The translations under genes were made by a program, and so were the position numbers. A stretch of 64,000 nucleotides of DNA from a virus: IMG/VR virus record IMGVR_UViG_3300042922_000313, positions 3,079 to 67,078 of that record; one strand, 5' to 3'. Position 1 is the first letter of the stretch. Every line of letters starts with the position of its first letter. Shown here in pieces: positions 1 through 11,113 of the stretch. The notes under the pieces are model-generated. The model was not told the origin of the DNA and did not search any database. It was given only the letters and a program-made list of their open reading frames with translations.

Positions 1-446
1 TTTGTATACTGATTTGCAGCACGTTCTATTTTCTTTCTAAATCCGTGCATTTTTCTTATATATTCTGCCATTAACGTATATATATGTCTATCAATGATAA
101 TATCGTTAGTTTCATCATACATTACGGTTTCGTCATTATCTTTTCTACGATATACATCAAACATAGACAAATCGATATTCCCAAGTAATAAATAGGTGCA
201 TTCTTTAGTTAAAGTCTTTGACAACATAATAAATAACTCAAAATCACTTATTTCTTCATAATCTATGTCCATATCCCAAAGTACAGATTTCATATCAGAC
301 GGAATAGCAACCAAAGTTTGAGCCATTGAAAAATAACGTTCTTCTCCAAATTCAACAATATCGCCAATAGTAGGTTGTTTTATAACTATTTTATTATTTA
401 TTATGTAGTCATTCCCGAAATACAATTGCAAATCATCGATTGCCAT
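1..446 (-). CDS. Partial virion/tail-assembly protein (SPbeta YomV-like position), truncated by window edge
   Basis: Not in ORF track; ATG at 446 overlapping the previous stop, with SD GGGGTG/AAGGTG; open reading MAIDDLQLYFGNDYIINNKIVIKQPTIGDIVEFGEERYF... to position 1. Confidence 0.6.
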   Translation of the reverse strand, partial: MAIDDLQLYFGNDYIINNKIVIKQPTIGDIVEFGEERYFSMAQTLVAIPSDMKSVLWDMDIDYEEISDFELFIMLSKTLTKECTYLLLGNIDLSMFDVYRRKDNDETVMYDETNDIIIDRHIYTLMAEYIRKMHGFRKKIERAANQYT

Positions 447-927
447 TCACCTTCACCCCATTCTTTAAACTATTGAGTGTAAGATTTTTAAATTGTAATG
501 TCCTCATATGATATTCTTTTTCTAAAATACTTTCAGTGTCAGAATACAATTCTAATTCAAGACCTAAAAAATTACTCCAATTAAAACTTTCTAATATAAC
601 ACCACCTAGCACATCATATCTATTTCCCCATGCTGTTTTAATATCTGATTCATGACAAATAGCTGATATAGTAATATTGACGTTTTTATATAAATCATTA
701 TAATTAGAGCTTCGCGCGTCAAAAGCAAAACATATATAATTCTTAACAGATAATGTTATATTTGGTATTTTCATGTAAGGAAATATATTTACATTTTTCA
801 TTTGATCTGGGTTGTTTTGTGTAATTTCTGGATTATTTATTAAAGTAACTATATCTGGAATGGAGCATAATTTATTCATAATTTTATTTTTATATTTAAC
901 AACATCAGATACAACCAAATACTCCAC
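433..927 (-). CDS. Putative tail terminator/head-tail completion protein (YomW-like position)
   Basis: 164 aa, GGAGG SD, in head-tail joining cluster; assignment by synteny. Confidence 0.5.
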   Translation of the reverse strand: MEYLVVSDVVKYKNKIMNKLCSIPDIVTLINNPEITQNNPDQMKNVNIFPYMKIPNITLSVKNYICFAFDARSSNYNDLYKNVNITISAICHESDIKTAWGNRYDVLGGVILESFNWSNFLGLELELYSDTESILEKEYHMRTLQFKNLTLNSLKNGVKVNGNR

Positions 928-930
928 CTC

Positions 931-1920
931 CTATATAATTAATAATAGTTGTATACTACCTTTGTATAAATTGTTACCGTTACTTACATTTGCTTTAATT
1001 AACACGCCCAGTAAATCATAATTTTCAGCAACTTTAATTTTAGCTAAATTACCATCGTAGACTATTGTAAAGGCATTAGTATATCCTGTTGGTAATTCCA
1101 AGTTCCAAACAGCAGTCACTCCTGTAGCAACACTACCGTCAGCATTATAAAATGATGGTGTTAAAGACCGATAAACACTACTACCAATCGTTATCTCGTT
1201 ATTTGGGTTGCTACATGTTATAGTTGCATATGAAGTTCCTTCAGGTGGAGTAGGAGTAGTACTAGGATCTCTGTAATCACATATTCCCAAATCAGGTCTA
1301 TCGTCATTTTCTCCAGATGCACACTGTTCTAGCGTTAATTCAATTAACCCTTTATCACCATAAGCATATTCAACATTATTTACCTTAGTTATTTTATAGC
1401 TTCTAGGGTTAACCATGTCTCTGTCAATGTATAACCGTCTGTCTTCTCGAAGAGTATTTGTATTCTCATCAAAAGGCAATTTTATGTGTATCGTTCCATT
1501 TGGTGTCGTCAAAGTATTATTCTCATCAACACCAAGTGTATTATTAGTCGATGTAATACATGGATAGGAGAGTATAGTACCGTCTGGTGATTGGAATTTT
1601 AGGATGTGGTTGGTTAACTCCATTTGTCCATCTACATAAACTTCGCTATCAATATCAGCTTTTGTAACTAACCAAGTAGAGTTATTCCACACAATATAAT
1701 CTCCAACAGTAAAAGTTTCATTTGGTAATGATTTAATTTCTTTGATGTTAGGATTAGTAGCAGAATCTATCATTAAATGAGTATCAACATCATTAACATT
1801 AACTGTTTTATACGATAGAGAAGATTGTGAATCTTTTAAGATAGATTGCTTTAATCTGTTTAGTTCACGTTCTCTCTGTGTTGCACCCATTAGATTAATT
1901 CTTGCGGAATATCTATCCAA
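931..1920 (-). CDS. Head-closure/neck protein with C-terminal Ig-like domain (YomX-like position)
   Basis: 329 aa; PSTTPTPP linker then beta-rich C-terminal domain; synteny after connector genes. Confidence 0.5.
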   Translation of the reverse strand: MDRYSARINLMGATQRERELNRLKQSILKDSQSSLSYKTVNVNDVDTHLMIDSATNPNIKEIKSLPNETFTVGDYIVWNNSTWLVTKADIDSEVYVDGQMELTNHILKFQSPDGTILSYPCITSTNNTLGVDENNTLTTPNGTIHIKLPFDENTNTLREDRRLYIDRDMVNPRSYKITKVNNVEYAYGDKGLIELTLEQCASGENDDRPDLGICDYRDPSTTPTPPEGTSYATITCSNPNNEITIGSSVYRSLTPSFYNADGSVATGVTAVWNLELPTGYTNAFTIVYDGNLAKIKVAENYDLLGVLIKANVSNGNNLYKGSIQLLLII

Positions 1921-1924
1921 AAAA

Positions 1925-2254
1925 TCACTTCCCTTCTTTGAAGTATTTGAAGTTAATGTCTTTTAATATTTTTATACATTTAAAAACTTCTTTCTTGCAT
2001 ACATCATCCGTATAGTTTTCAGATATTAAAAACTGAATAGTATTTAATACTGTTATAAACTGAGGCTCATCAACTAACACAAACAGTAATTCTTTGTTTC
2101 CAATTAGCTCTCTTTGATAGCTTTCAAGATATGAAATTAATGTAGATGATTTTTCTTCTTTGAGTGGTAAAATCTTATATGTTTTATTTATAAGAAACTC
2201 AAAGTATTTATAAAAATTTTCATTTGGCAGTAAACCATATTTCACTTCAATCAT
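1925..2254 (-). CDS. Phage morphogenesis-region hypothetical protein
   Basis: 109 aa, translationally coupled (ATGA overlap) to upstream gene. Confidence 0.55.
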   Translation of the reverse strand: MIEVKYGLLPNENFYKYFEFLINKTYKILPLKEEKSSTLISYLESYQRELIGNKELLFVLVDEPQFITVLNTIQFLISENYTDDVCKKEVFKCIKILKDINFKYFKEGK

Positions 2255-2682
2255 GTTTTCATCACATCCATATCACCATGAATAAAAGAGTATTCATTCA
2301 TTCTTGATTTAGCTGCTTTATGAGCATCTTTATATCTACTTTGGATTGCATTTAATAAATTAGCTGGAGATATTTTTTCAAAGTCTTTTGTGTTTAGCCT
2401 ATTTCTTAGATTTTCAGCATTATTTACATACGGCTGTAACCATATCTCAATCATTGTCTCGCTAAGAATATCAATAACATCATCATCAAGTGTTTGATTG
2501 AATTGTAATAAAACATCATCTCTGTCAGCTAAATTAATTTTGCATATTCTTTTAAATCTTGTACACGCCTTATTCATAGTACTTAGTAAAATCTCATCTT
2601 GTACTGATTGGAGGTATAATAGTAGGTCTGGATCAGTAATTTTATCTTTAAAATCATCGTATACAACTTTATAGTTTGTCAT
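2251..2682 (-). CDS. Putative head-tail connector/adaptor protein
   Basis: 143 aa helical protein two genes after the capsid; resembles SPbeta YomZ-type adaptor (KDFEKISPANLL). Confidence 0.55.
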   Translation of the reverse strand: MTNYKVVYDDFKDKITDPDLLLYLQSVQDEILLSTMNKACTRFKRICKINLADRDDVLLQFNQTLDDDVIDILSETMIEIWLQPYVNNAENLRNRLNTKDFEKISPANLLNAIQSRYKDAHKAAKSRMNEYSFIHGDMDVMKT

Positions 2683-2692
2683 TTACAACCCC

Positions 2693-3331
2693 CTAGTATG
2701 AAGGCTTTAATTCAACATCAAGAGCCTTTTCTAATGCTTCAATTCTATTTGAAGAGTCCAACTCTTTACTATCAATTAATTTTTTAGCTTTAGCTGCAAT
2801 AGTGTCTTTTACGCCCTTTGATAATTTTGAAACCAATGCTTTTATTTCGTCTGGAGTTTTTGTAAATACTTCATCTAAATCTTCACCAATTATAGCATTC
2901 TCATAATATTTAGATACTTCGAGGAAGTTGTATACATCTGTTGCAGAATATTCGTCTGTATCTTCAAAGAAAATCCAATTGTTAATATAGAAACTCTTGT
3001 TTGTATTTCTCATAGACAATAATTCAGATAATTCAATATACTCAACTGAACCGTACTCATCCCATTCAACCTGATATCCATTTATCTTTCTTGATGCATA
3101 AACTAAAATACCTTGAACACCACTTCTACAAGGTATTAGTGTATCCAGTGGGATTTTCTTCTTGGTTTTGTTTGATGTATTTACATTTGATTTTTTGATT
3201 TCATTATCAGAATCTTTGGTTGTGTATTTTTGCTCAAATTCTTTACGAATCTTTTCTTCTAATTCAGCTTTTAACTGAGCTTCAAGTTCAGCTTGTTTTG
3301 CTTCACGTTGTTCCTTTGTTAATCCAGCCAT
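2693..3331 (-). CDS. Head-associated hypothetical protein (YonA-like position)
   Basis: 212 aa, AGGAGG SD, directly downstream of major capsid. Confidence 0.55.
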   Translation of the reverse strand: MAGLTKEQREAKQAELEAQLKAELEEKIRKEFEQKYTTKDSDNEIKKSNVNTSNKTKKKIPLDTLIPCRSGVQGILVYASRKINGYQVEWDEYGSVEYIELSELLSMRNTNKSFYINNWIFFEDTDEYSATDVYNFLEVSKYYENAIIGEDLDEVFTKTPDEIKALVSKLSKGVKDTIAAKAKKLIDSKELDSSNRIEALEKALDVELKPSY

Positions 3332-3354
3332 TTTGTATCCTCCTTTTATTCAGC

Positions 3355-3387
3355 AATAGGTGGACAGTGTTTAACCATCCACCTAAA
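3355..3387 (-). terminator. Hairpin after major capsid gene (attenuator/terminator)
   Basis: TAGGTGGA...TCCACCTA inverted repeat between capsid stop and next SD; no long U-tract. Confidence 0.5.
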
Positions 3388-3404
3388 GTTTAATATATTA
3401 TATA

Positions 3405-4397
3405 TTAACCAATTCTATAAGTACCAAATACTTCGCTCATAACAATACCAGTATTGTATCTCTGAGCCATTAAGAATTCCTGAGATAAATCTGCATTATC
3501 CATAGGATTGCCAGGAATAATTAAGGTGTCACCTTCAGTAACCATCTTAATAAACTTATCATTACCAGCAACTACATGAAGATCGGTGTCATTTAAAATA
3601 AAGTTAGTAGTACCAGCTTTATGTCCATTTTGCATAGCAATAACAGAGTTTGTTCCAACCTTACCAAAATAACCAACATTATATAAATCTTCTAATGCAG
3701 AATCAGCAGAAGCACCAGTAATACCAGTGATTTTCTTAACTGCTTGCTTGGAACCTAAAATATAAGCTTGCATACCAGTTGCTGCTTCAACATGATCAAT
3801 AAGTTCAGTAAGTTTAGATTCGGTAAATGTACCACTTACTTGATAAGGAGCTACTAACTTACTATATGTACCTGCAAATGCTGTATAGATATCCTGATTA
3901 GTTTTAAGCAAGAATGATCTTGCAACTCTATCAATTAAATCGTTGATATTAATTCTACCAGCTAATACTCTGTTAAGCTCTTCGTAAATCTTGATAGTTT
4001 TTAACTGAGGTGTTACATATACAGTTTCACCACCAACGATACGCTGTCTTCTAACTCCCTGAGTACCTTCAGCAGTATCAGCAACTGTAAATAAGGAACT
4101 GTCGCCAACAACGAAAGAATCCTGATCTCCAAGTGCCTTATTTCTAAAATCAACAAAATTGAAGATAGGAGAAGAAGTAGGAAGACCTTCGATTACTGTT
4201 TTTGTTACGATTTCCTCCATAATTGCGAATAACTTTTTGCACTCGCCATCTCTAATTGCTCTATAATCCAAAGAAGCTTTACCATTGTTAGCTTCAATCA
4301 AAGCCTGTCTTAAAACTTCCATAGAATCTGTAGTAGAATAATTTCCACTAACTTTACCTTTATAGCTATCAATAGCTAATTTTACAACATCATTCAT
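3405..4397 (-). CDS. Major capsid protein
   Basis: 330 aa after portal-protease-decoration, the order seen in SPbeta yonE-D-C-B; followed by hairpin. Confidence 0.8.
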   Translation of the reverse strand: MNDVVKLAIDSYKGKVSGNYSTTDSMEVLRQALIEANNGKASLDYRAIRDGECKKLFAIMEEIVTKTVIEGLPTSSPIFNFVDFRNKALGDQDSFVVGDSSLFTVADTAEGTQGVRRQRIVGGETVYVTPQLKTIKIYEELNRVLAGRININDLIDRVARSFLLKTNQDIYTAFAGTYSKLVAPYQVSGTFTESKLTELIDHVEAATGMQAYILGSKQAVKKITGITGASADSALEDLYNVGYFGKVGTNSVIAMQNGHKAGTTNFILNDTDLHVVAGNDKFIKMVTEGDTLIIPGNPMDNADLSQEFLMAQRYNTGIVMSEVFGTYRIG

Positions 4398-4430
4398 TAA
4401 ATATACCTCGCTTTCATTATAGTTTTATAC

Positions 4431-4916
4431 TTACTGTACTTCAACTACATACAGTGTCTTTGTGCCAACGGTATCAATAGCAATAACTTTACCAACCTGA
4501 GTTGATCCAACAGTTAAAGTAGTAACAACCTTCATAGTTGTAGCTGCCGCTAATTCTACAATCTTACCAACGGTAGGAGTAGTGTCAAATGCTTCTGCGG
4601 TAGCTGAGAAGATATCGCCCTTTTGCAGCACACCAACTCTAACTACAGCGTCTGCTGCATTTTCGAATTCGTCTAATTGCTTCTTTTCATCATACATAAC
4701 TTCTGGAGTACAAACTAATCCGTAATATGTAGTAGTAGCTGCCGGAGCTGCTAATTTATGAATTTCTCTTTCACCAGTTACTAAATCACCAACAGCTACC
4801 ATCTGACCATTCTGGATTGCAGTTGCGGTTGTACTAACATAATACTTACCACTCTTAATAAGAGCAGGATTTTTTGTAAAGGCTACATTGTCGAGCCTAA
4901 CGATACATTTTGCCAT
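4431..4916 (-). CDS. Capsid decoration protein
   Basis: 161 aa Ala/Thr/Val-rich beta protein between scaffold and capsid. Confidence 0.6.
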   Translation of the reverse strand: MAKCIVRLDNVAFTKNPALIKSGKYYVSTTATAIQNGQMVAVGDLVTGEREIHKLAAPAATTTYYGLVCTPEVMYDEKKQLDEFENAADAVVRVGVLQKGDIFSATAEAFDTTPTVGKIVELAAATTMKVVTTLTVGSTQVGKVIAIDTVGTKTLYVVEVQ

Positions 4917-4944
4917 AATTTAATTCCTCCTTGATTTAAATAGA

Positions 4945-6471
4945 TTATTTGTTTAAAAACTTCTTGAATAAACCACCATAAACATCTGCTTCATCATCTG
5001 TAGTTTTATCTACAGAAAATTTAACTTTTTCTTTAGCTTTTGTGTCTTTTGTAATTTCAGAATATAATCCAACTATGCACAGGCACTCTTTTTCCAATTC
5101 TTTAATTGAAAAATTCTTAGCATTAGCTTTTAATTCTGTAAATTCTTCGGTGTCACCAATTTTTTCTTCGAATTTAGAGAATATGTTCAACTCATCGTTC
5201 TCTCTTTCCTCAGATAGTTTGCTTGATTTGAACTGAACAAGAATTTCTACTTCTGAATTTGGTGTTGAATAATTAGTTTTATATTCCTCATATTCAGTTT
5301 TGATTAATTCGAATTTTGTTCTTTCCTCTTGTAACTTTGCATTTTCTTCTAAAGTTAGCCAAACTTTAACCATTTCTTCAAACTCGCCAGTAATCGTAGC
5401 AGTAAGAGTGGATTCTTCATATGAATATCCATATCTACCATACTTTGATTCATAATTATCTTTAGTCCAATGAGATTTTTCTACATAGACATACTCGTCG
5501 CTAAAATCCTCGACATAATAGTATGTTTCTTCTAAGAGATTACCGTCATTATCTCTAACAATTTCTGAACCAAAAGCATTTCTCAATGCCTCTCTTTTCT
5601 GGTTATATGTAGCCGAAAAAGTTGACTGAACTTCATCACTTTTTTTATTGTTCTCTGCAAATTCAGATTCTAATTTAGTTTCAAGTTCTTCTACGGACAT
5701 TCCTTCAATAGAAAAATTCAAAGACTCAACAGAAACATTATATTTGTCAAGAACTTTCTGTAATTCTTCGTTCAACTTGTTACCTCCTTCATTGTTGCTA
5801 TTTATATCAACTTCTTTAATAGAAGATTGATTGATATAATTTTGATATTGCTCAAGTTTTGATTTAATTTCATCAACTGAAAAATTAACTTCAATCGTTG
5901 AATTTTTCATAGCTGGAGTGACAGAATCGCCTAACGCACATGCCCCGAAAAATCTAAATTTTGTAAATACAAAATATCCGTTTTCGTTGAAATGTCCTTC
6001 ATAATAGTTCTCGTCCAACTCCATGCTTTGACCTTTGATCAAATCTCTCTCAAATATTTCTTGAGGATCATCCCATTTCGTCCAAACAAGCCCTTGACAT
6101 GTAAGAAAAGTTCTTGTTATACCATCATCACATAGTCTATCTTCAAATTTTGCATCATTACTTTCTGGAATAACACCAATAGCAGAACCTTTGTATGATA
6201 GTTTTATATCATCTTTAGTAACTTCAAGTTCAATCCTATGGTCAGAGAAATCTTTTTCGTCATTTTTATTTTTTTCTATGTAAGCTAAAATAGGAGTATT
6301 GCTTAGTGATGGTAGAGCTTCTTCAACCGATTCTTTGGTAAAATATGATCCATTTAAATTTTCTTCTAAATGTAAAATCCATATTTTAACTGGTATAAAC
6401 CTTGTATCTCCGATTTGATATGTGTTTAATTTTTCAAAACTAATTGGTACGTTTAAATCCAACTTATCCAT
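4945..6471 (-). CDS. Prohead protease/scaffold protein (YonD-like)
   Basis: N-terminal protease-like region (ILHLEENLNGSYF, GQSMEL, FFGACALG..PAM) plus acidic coiled-coil C-terminus. Confidence 0.7.
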   Translation of the reverse strand: MDKLDLNVPISFEKLNTYQIGDTRFIPVKIWILHLEENLNGSYFTKESVEEALPSLSNTPILAYIEKNKNDEKDFSDHRIELEVTKDDIKLSYKGSAIGVIPESNDAKFEDRLCDDGITRTFLTCQGLVWTKWDDPQEIFERDLIKGQSMELDENYYEGHFNENGYFVFTKFRFFGACALGDSVTPAMKNSTIEVNFSVDEIKSKLEQYQNYINQSSIKEVDINSNNEGGNKLNEELQKVLDKYNVSVESLNFSIEGMSVEELETKLESEFAENNKKSDEVQSTFSATYNQKREALRNAFGSEIVRDNDGNLLEETYYYVEDFSDEYVYVEKSHWTKDNYESKYGRYGYSYEESTLTATITGEFEEMVKVWLTLEENAKLQEERTKFELIKTEYEEYKTNYSTPNSEVEILVQFKSSKLSEERENDELNIFSKFEEKIGDTEEFTELKANAKNFSIKELEKECLCIVGLYSEITKDTKAKEKVKFSVDKTTDDEADVYGGLFKKFLNK

Positions 6472-6482
6472 GTTTCACCTCC

Positions 6483-8009
6483 TTACTTATTAGCATTTTC
6501 ATCATCATCCAATGTTTGCTCTCCAGATTCAGACAACCCTTTACCTTGTGATGCATTGGTAGGTCTACCACCTTCAGTATCAACACTAACAGTATTACTA
6601 CTTATTAATGGCATATTGAAATTATCTACGGTAAGTTTAAGGATCTTGTTTTCAAGATATCCAAGATTTTGAACTGTACTAGGAGACATACCTAGAGATG
6701 CAGCATATAATAACTTTGCACCATCAACACCATAACTTGCTCCTTTATGATACCTATTGCAAACCTCGTCTGTATTAAAAATGCTCTGGTCTAAAAAGTT
6801 TAATTCAAACATATAATGCAGATTCATCAGTTTAATTTGCTTATTGAAATACCTTTCAATCTGTTTTAATAAACCAAATGATATCTGTTCATCTGTTTTT
6901 GATGACAATCCTAAACTTGATGAACTAGTTGCTTTGGCACTACCAAATAGCAAACCACTTGTTCCACTAGAAGACCATAATTCTTCTTCTGCTTGATTAA
7001 CTTCGTTTGATTCGGCAACCGATGATTTTTGAAATGAAAAATCTGTAATAGTAAAAGGAGAGAGAATCAATCCTATACCTTCTGGTATGTTATTGGCAGC
7101 TTGATTATAGTATTTAATTGCCATGTCATAATCCATCTTTGGAATACCGTCATCATCACAATCCATTTTCATAGCAAGTACTTTATAATTATCTATTTCT
7201 GTTTTTGCTTTCTTTAAAAGCTTATAATCTTCAAGTCTTAAAATATCCAAGAAGAGTCCACAGAACATAGGAACACTAAAGAGTAAATTGTTCTCATCTG
7301 ATTTTATACAGATTCCATTTTTAGGTTCATACCATCTTAAATTCGAATTACCTTTGAATTTTAGTTCTTTATTGCCTTTATACTTCCAATAAGCTAAAGT
7401 GATTTCATCACCATACTCTGGTAATAAATATTCCTTACTTGAAAAATAGTTTAAATCCATAGAAAATACACATACACCATCTTCAATAGATGATATTTCA
7501 GCATATCTACCATCAAACTGTTTAATATAAAAAGAGTCTGACGTTTCATAAGTCAGACCATAAAAAACACCTTCAATTATAGATGCAAGCATCATTTTAG
7601 GAATTTCATGTTTTAAATTATATTTTTCAAGTTGATATATAACTTTGTTATATGTATCCTTATATGTTTTAACATTTATCTTTTTTGGAAGATTAGCCGG
7701 AACAACAATATGATTAAAAGTAGGAAGCTTTGCATAGTAATTGCACAATCGTCTATAATGACTGCTTGTAATATACAAAAAAGTACTCATAGTACGAAGT
7801 TCTTTTTCATTTGTTTGAGGATTCTCAAGCATTTGAACAACTTTTTCTATTGGGTACTTTGTAAATATTACACTTTCTTTGCGATTTTTAACCAAATCTT
7901 GAACCATTGTTTTCTTTAGATTGGCAAATGCTAGTTGGGCATACTTTTCTAATGCTTGTTGTTCTAGCGTTTTTTTATCTGGTTGGATTTCTTTGCTGTC
8001 TTGTTCCAT
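6483..8009 (-). CDS. Portal protein
   Basis: 508 aa immediately after terminase; C-terminal GGRP motif typical of portals. Confidence 0.75.
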   Translation of the reverse strand: MEQDSKEIQPDKKTLEQQALEKYAQLAFANLKKTMVQDLVKNRKESVIFTKYPIEKVVQMLENPQTNEKELRTMSTFLYITSSHYRRLCNYYAKLPTFNHIVVPANLPKKINVKTYKDTYNKVIYQLEKYNLKHEIPKMMLASIIEGVFYGLTYETSDSFYIKQFDGRYAEISSIEDGVCVFSMDLNYFSSKEYLLPEYGDEITLAYWKYKGNKELKFKGNSNLRWYEPKNGICIKSDENNLLFSVPMFCGLFLDILRLEDYKLLKKAKTEIDNYKVLAMKMDCDDDGIPKMDYDMAIKYYNQAANNIPEGIGLILSPFTITDFSFQKSSVAESNEVNQAEEELWSSSGTSGLLFGSAKATSSSSLGLSSKTDEQISFGLLKQIERYFNKQIKLMNLHYMFELNFLDQSIFNTDEVCNRYHKGASYGVDGAKLLYAASLGMSPSTVQNLGYLENKILKLTVDNFNMPLISSNTVSVDTEGGRPTNASQGKGLSESGEQTLDDDENANK

Positions 8010-8072
8010 GATAACCTCCTTTCTTGTTTTGTAGTTGTTGTGTTATGTAATAATGTTTAATATGTTTTTTGG

Positions 8073-9902
8073 TTAATATTTACGAATATTTGGCTGACGG
8101 AACTGTAGAAGAGTAGTTGGGTCAAAATTGTTCTGCTTTGGTTTTTGTAATAAATCTTCTCGTCTCATAACAGCTAATGCATATGCCGCTTCAGCAATTG
8201 TATATGCGGCATCATCGTGCATATCTTTTTTATCTTTTGCCAGTTCATATTGAACACCACCGTTAGGAGTATCATATCTGCACATATATGACAATTGTAA
8301 TTTGGCTATATTCATATAGGTCAGTGCAAGTTTTTCTTCCATAGTTAATTCAACTGTATCAAATCCACCATCTTTATTTTCAATCATAATATAATCTTTG
8401 TTATCATAATCGGTAAATTCAATTAGGTTCAATTTAACCATCTTAGATACTGCGTCATACATAATTTTCTTATATCCTTGTGGGTCTACAAGATGTACAA
8501 TCGGCATAGCATTAGTGTATTTTTTTCTAGCCGTTTCATATTGTTTATGTTCAGAATCAATAATTCCACGATGTTTCTTTCCAAATTTGTCAACCCAATC
8601 TTCCATTAACTGATCTGCAACAGCGGAAATACCACCACCGCCTGAACCAGCATCAATATAAAACTCAATATTTTCCCATTCGGCAGCACGTTCACCATTA
8701 TATTTAATCATTAACTCTTTAATTATTTCTAATTGTGCTGGCATTGGCAGAGGAGTTTTATTCTTTGTATTTGTATCAACCATTGAAACTACATTTTCTA
8801 ATCTTAGTCGATAACCAATTTCCTTATCATTTATTATCTGAAATATACTTAGAATACTACCATCGAAATTTCTAGCTGGGTCGTAGCAAAATAAAAACTT
8901 CTTTTTACCAGTATCATTATAAAGCAAAGGTTTACGAATAGTTGAATTCCTTATTAATTCATCCATTGTTACAACGGAGTTTTTACCTCCACCTTTTCTG
9001 AACTTATTAAATAATTCAACATCTGCATTATCTGGATCTTCTTCGATATCTTTCATAATTTTTTCTTCAGTCAAGTGAGGCTTAATAGGTTCTCCATTAA
9101 TAGTAGAGTGGTTTAAAATATCGTAAGCATCTATATCAAAACAAAAATAATTACTATTTCCAACTAACATTTTTTTATAAAATGTTTTATACTTTTCAAA
9201 GAATGGATATGTAACATCACCTACGGACGAAGTATATAGTATTTGCAAAGGCATTTGTTGTGGTTCATAATACTGTATTTTTTCAGTAGAAGTAGAGAAA
9301 CTTGAATCTACGTTTGCAAAATTTTCAACTACTGCTAATTCTTCTGCAGTTTTCCAAGCGGTTTCGTTAAGCCAAACCGCACCTCGTTTACCTCTAATAG
9401 CCTCAAGATTTGAGGATAAAGCTTCTAATTTTGAATTATTATACAACCTAAATTTACATGTAGGAGCTTGTAAAAAACCAGTCTCGCTATTACTACCTGT
9501 TTTATCAACTTCTCTTGCAAAGATATCAGTAGCACTCTTAAATGATGGTATCCTTTTTAATGCTATATCTTTTAACTTATTAAACGATTCTACTGATTGC
9601 GCATATGTATTTGAACTTATATATAAGCTATAATCAGGTATAAGCATCAACCTAGTCATATTATAAGCAGCAGCTAAAGTATCTTTTCCTGCGCCTCGGC
9701 ATTCTGCCCATAGGGCGTATTGAGCAATCCAAGTTTTCATAAAACAATAACTCTGATAATCTATAAGCTGTAAGCCGAATACTTGATTACAATATCTTAC
9801 GGGATTTTGTCTCCCCCACTGAACAATCTTTGATACTTTTGCATATTCTTCAAGCTTTTTTTGACTAAATTCTTTATCAGTCATGGGTATATAAATTTCC
9901 AT
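8073..9902 (-). CDS. terL: Terminase large subunit
   Basis: Walker A-like CRGAGKD, IRGKRG-AVWLNE Walker B, nuclease acidic motifs YDPARNFD, IDAGSGGG, HDD. Confidence 0.9.
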   Translation of the reverse strand: MEIYIPMTDKEFSQKKLEEYAKVSKIVQWGRQNPVRYCNQVFGLQLIDYQSYCFMKTWIAQYALWAECRGAGKDTLAAAYNMTRLMLIPDYSLYISSNTYAQSVESFNKLKDIALKRIPSFKSATDIFAREVDKTGSNSETGFLQAPTCKFRLYNNSKLEALSSNLEAIRGKRGAVWLNETAWKTAEELAVVENFANVDSSFSTSTEKIQYYEPQQMPLQILYTSSVGDVTYPFFEKYKTFYKKMLVGNSNYFCFDIDAYDILNHSTINGEPIKPHLTEEKIMKDIEEDPDNADVELFNKFRKGGGKNSVVTMDELIRNSTIRKPLLYNDTGKKKFLFCYDPARNFDGSILSIFQIINDKEIGYRLRLENVVSMVDTNTKNKTPLPMPAQLEIIKELMIKYNGERAAEWENIEFYIDAGSGGGGISAVADQLMEDWVDKFGKKHRGIIDSEHKQYETARKKYTNAMPIVHLVDPQGYKKIMYDAVSKMVKLNLIEFTDYDNKDYIMIENKDGGFDTVELTMEEKLALTYMNIAKLQLSYMCRYDTPNGGVQYELAKDKKDMHDDAAYTIAEAAYALAVMRREDLLQKPKQNNFDPTTLLQFRQPNIRKY

Positions 9903-9907
9903 TTATA

Positions 9908-11095
9908 TCACCCCTTCCAATTTTCTAAATCTATTATTTTATTTTTTAAGTTACGATTTTCTTCTTTTAATACATCTAATTCCAACTCAAATTTCTGTAT
10001 TATTTCCCTTTGTTCTTTAATAATTTCAACATAATCATTATTATCAAGAGTAAGTTGATCCATAATACTTTGGTTACTTAAATCAGCAATCTGCTTAAAA
10101 GCTTCACTTGTTTTTATGTCAAATAAATTTACTTTAATTGCTTCAAAATTGTTTTCCGACATCTCTTTCATTTTTGATGTAAGAGAACTCTGTCCTTGTT
10201 TTGAATTTTTGTTATAATTAGAAGCAATGTTATTGTCTTTTGCAATAGTTGAAATAGAAGATAGAAGTGATGATTTTGCTGTTGTTAATTTGCCTATTTT
10301 TGCATCATCCGGGTCTTTCTTTGATAATTCAATATTCATTGTTTCAGTTATTTTTTTACATTGACAATACATTATTGTTATCTCAATAACACCCTGCATT
10401 TTATTACCATCATCTGTAATACCTTCTGTATCACAATATCCAGATAGAATATTAAAACAATATTTTTTATCACTTTCAGACAACCCAACATCTTCAAAAG
10501 GATTATGTCCAATCATTGATATAACATAATTCATATTTTGGATATCTTTTTCTGACCATACTACATTCTTCTCGTCACTAGCTTTATTCTCTTGTGATAC
10601 ACTAGAAACATCTAAATATTTATTAGATATTTCTTTTTTCTCTTGTTGTTTTCTATTATTATTTTGATGAATGAAATTATCTTTTTCGGAGTCATCATAT
10701 GATTTATCTATATCTTGTCTCATAGCAATTAACTTGAAATAAAGTTGCAATAATTCTTTACCATAATATTTAACTTCTTCTTCATTTACATAAGAATGCT
10801 CTTTTTTGAATTGATTTATTGCGCTTTCAATCAAATCTTTATAATATGGTTTATCTATTTTTCTGAGAGTTTTATTTAATTCAACTTCGTTAATAGTGTT
10901 ATCTTCGTTTAATGAACAACTTATGATACAGTTTTTGCAAACGGGCACACGTTCATCAATCGAAAACAGTGGACTCTTACTGATATAAAAGTCTGTCAAT
11001 TTCTTTTCTTCATGACAACAAGTACATTGCTTTTTACCTTTTTGTTTATTAGCTGGCACTTTGTCTATTTTCTTTACGTTTGGCAAATATGCCAC
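9908..11095 (-). CDS. Zn-finger protein, candidate terminase small subunit (YonG-like)
   Basis: CTCC...CKNC zinc motif, C-terminal coiled coil, directly upstream of terL. Confidence 0.55.
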   Translation of the reverse strand: MAYLPNVKKIDKVPANKQKGKKQCTCCHEEKKLTDFYISKSPLFSIDERVPVCKNCIISCSLNEDNTINEVELNKTLRKIDKPYYKDLIESAINQFKKEHSYVNEEEVKYYGKELLQLYFKLIAMRQDIDKSYDDSEKDNFIHQNNNRKQQEKKEISNKYLDVSSVSQENKASDEKNVVWSEKDIQNMNYVISMIGHNPFEDVGLSESDKKYCFNILSGYCDTEGITDDGNKMQGVIEITIMYCQCKKITETMNIELSKKDPDDAKIGKLTTAKSSLLSSISTIAKDNNIASNYNKNSKQGQSSLTSKMKEMSENNFEAIKVNLFDIKTSEAFKQIADLSNQSIMDQLTLDNNDYVEIIKEQREIIQKFELELDVLKEENRNLKNKIIDLENWKG

Positions 11096-11113
11096 CTCCT
11101 TTAATTCATAAAA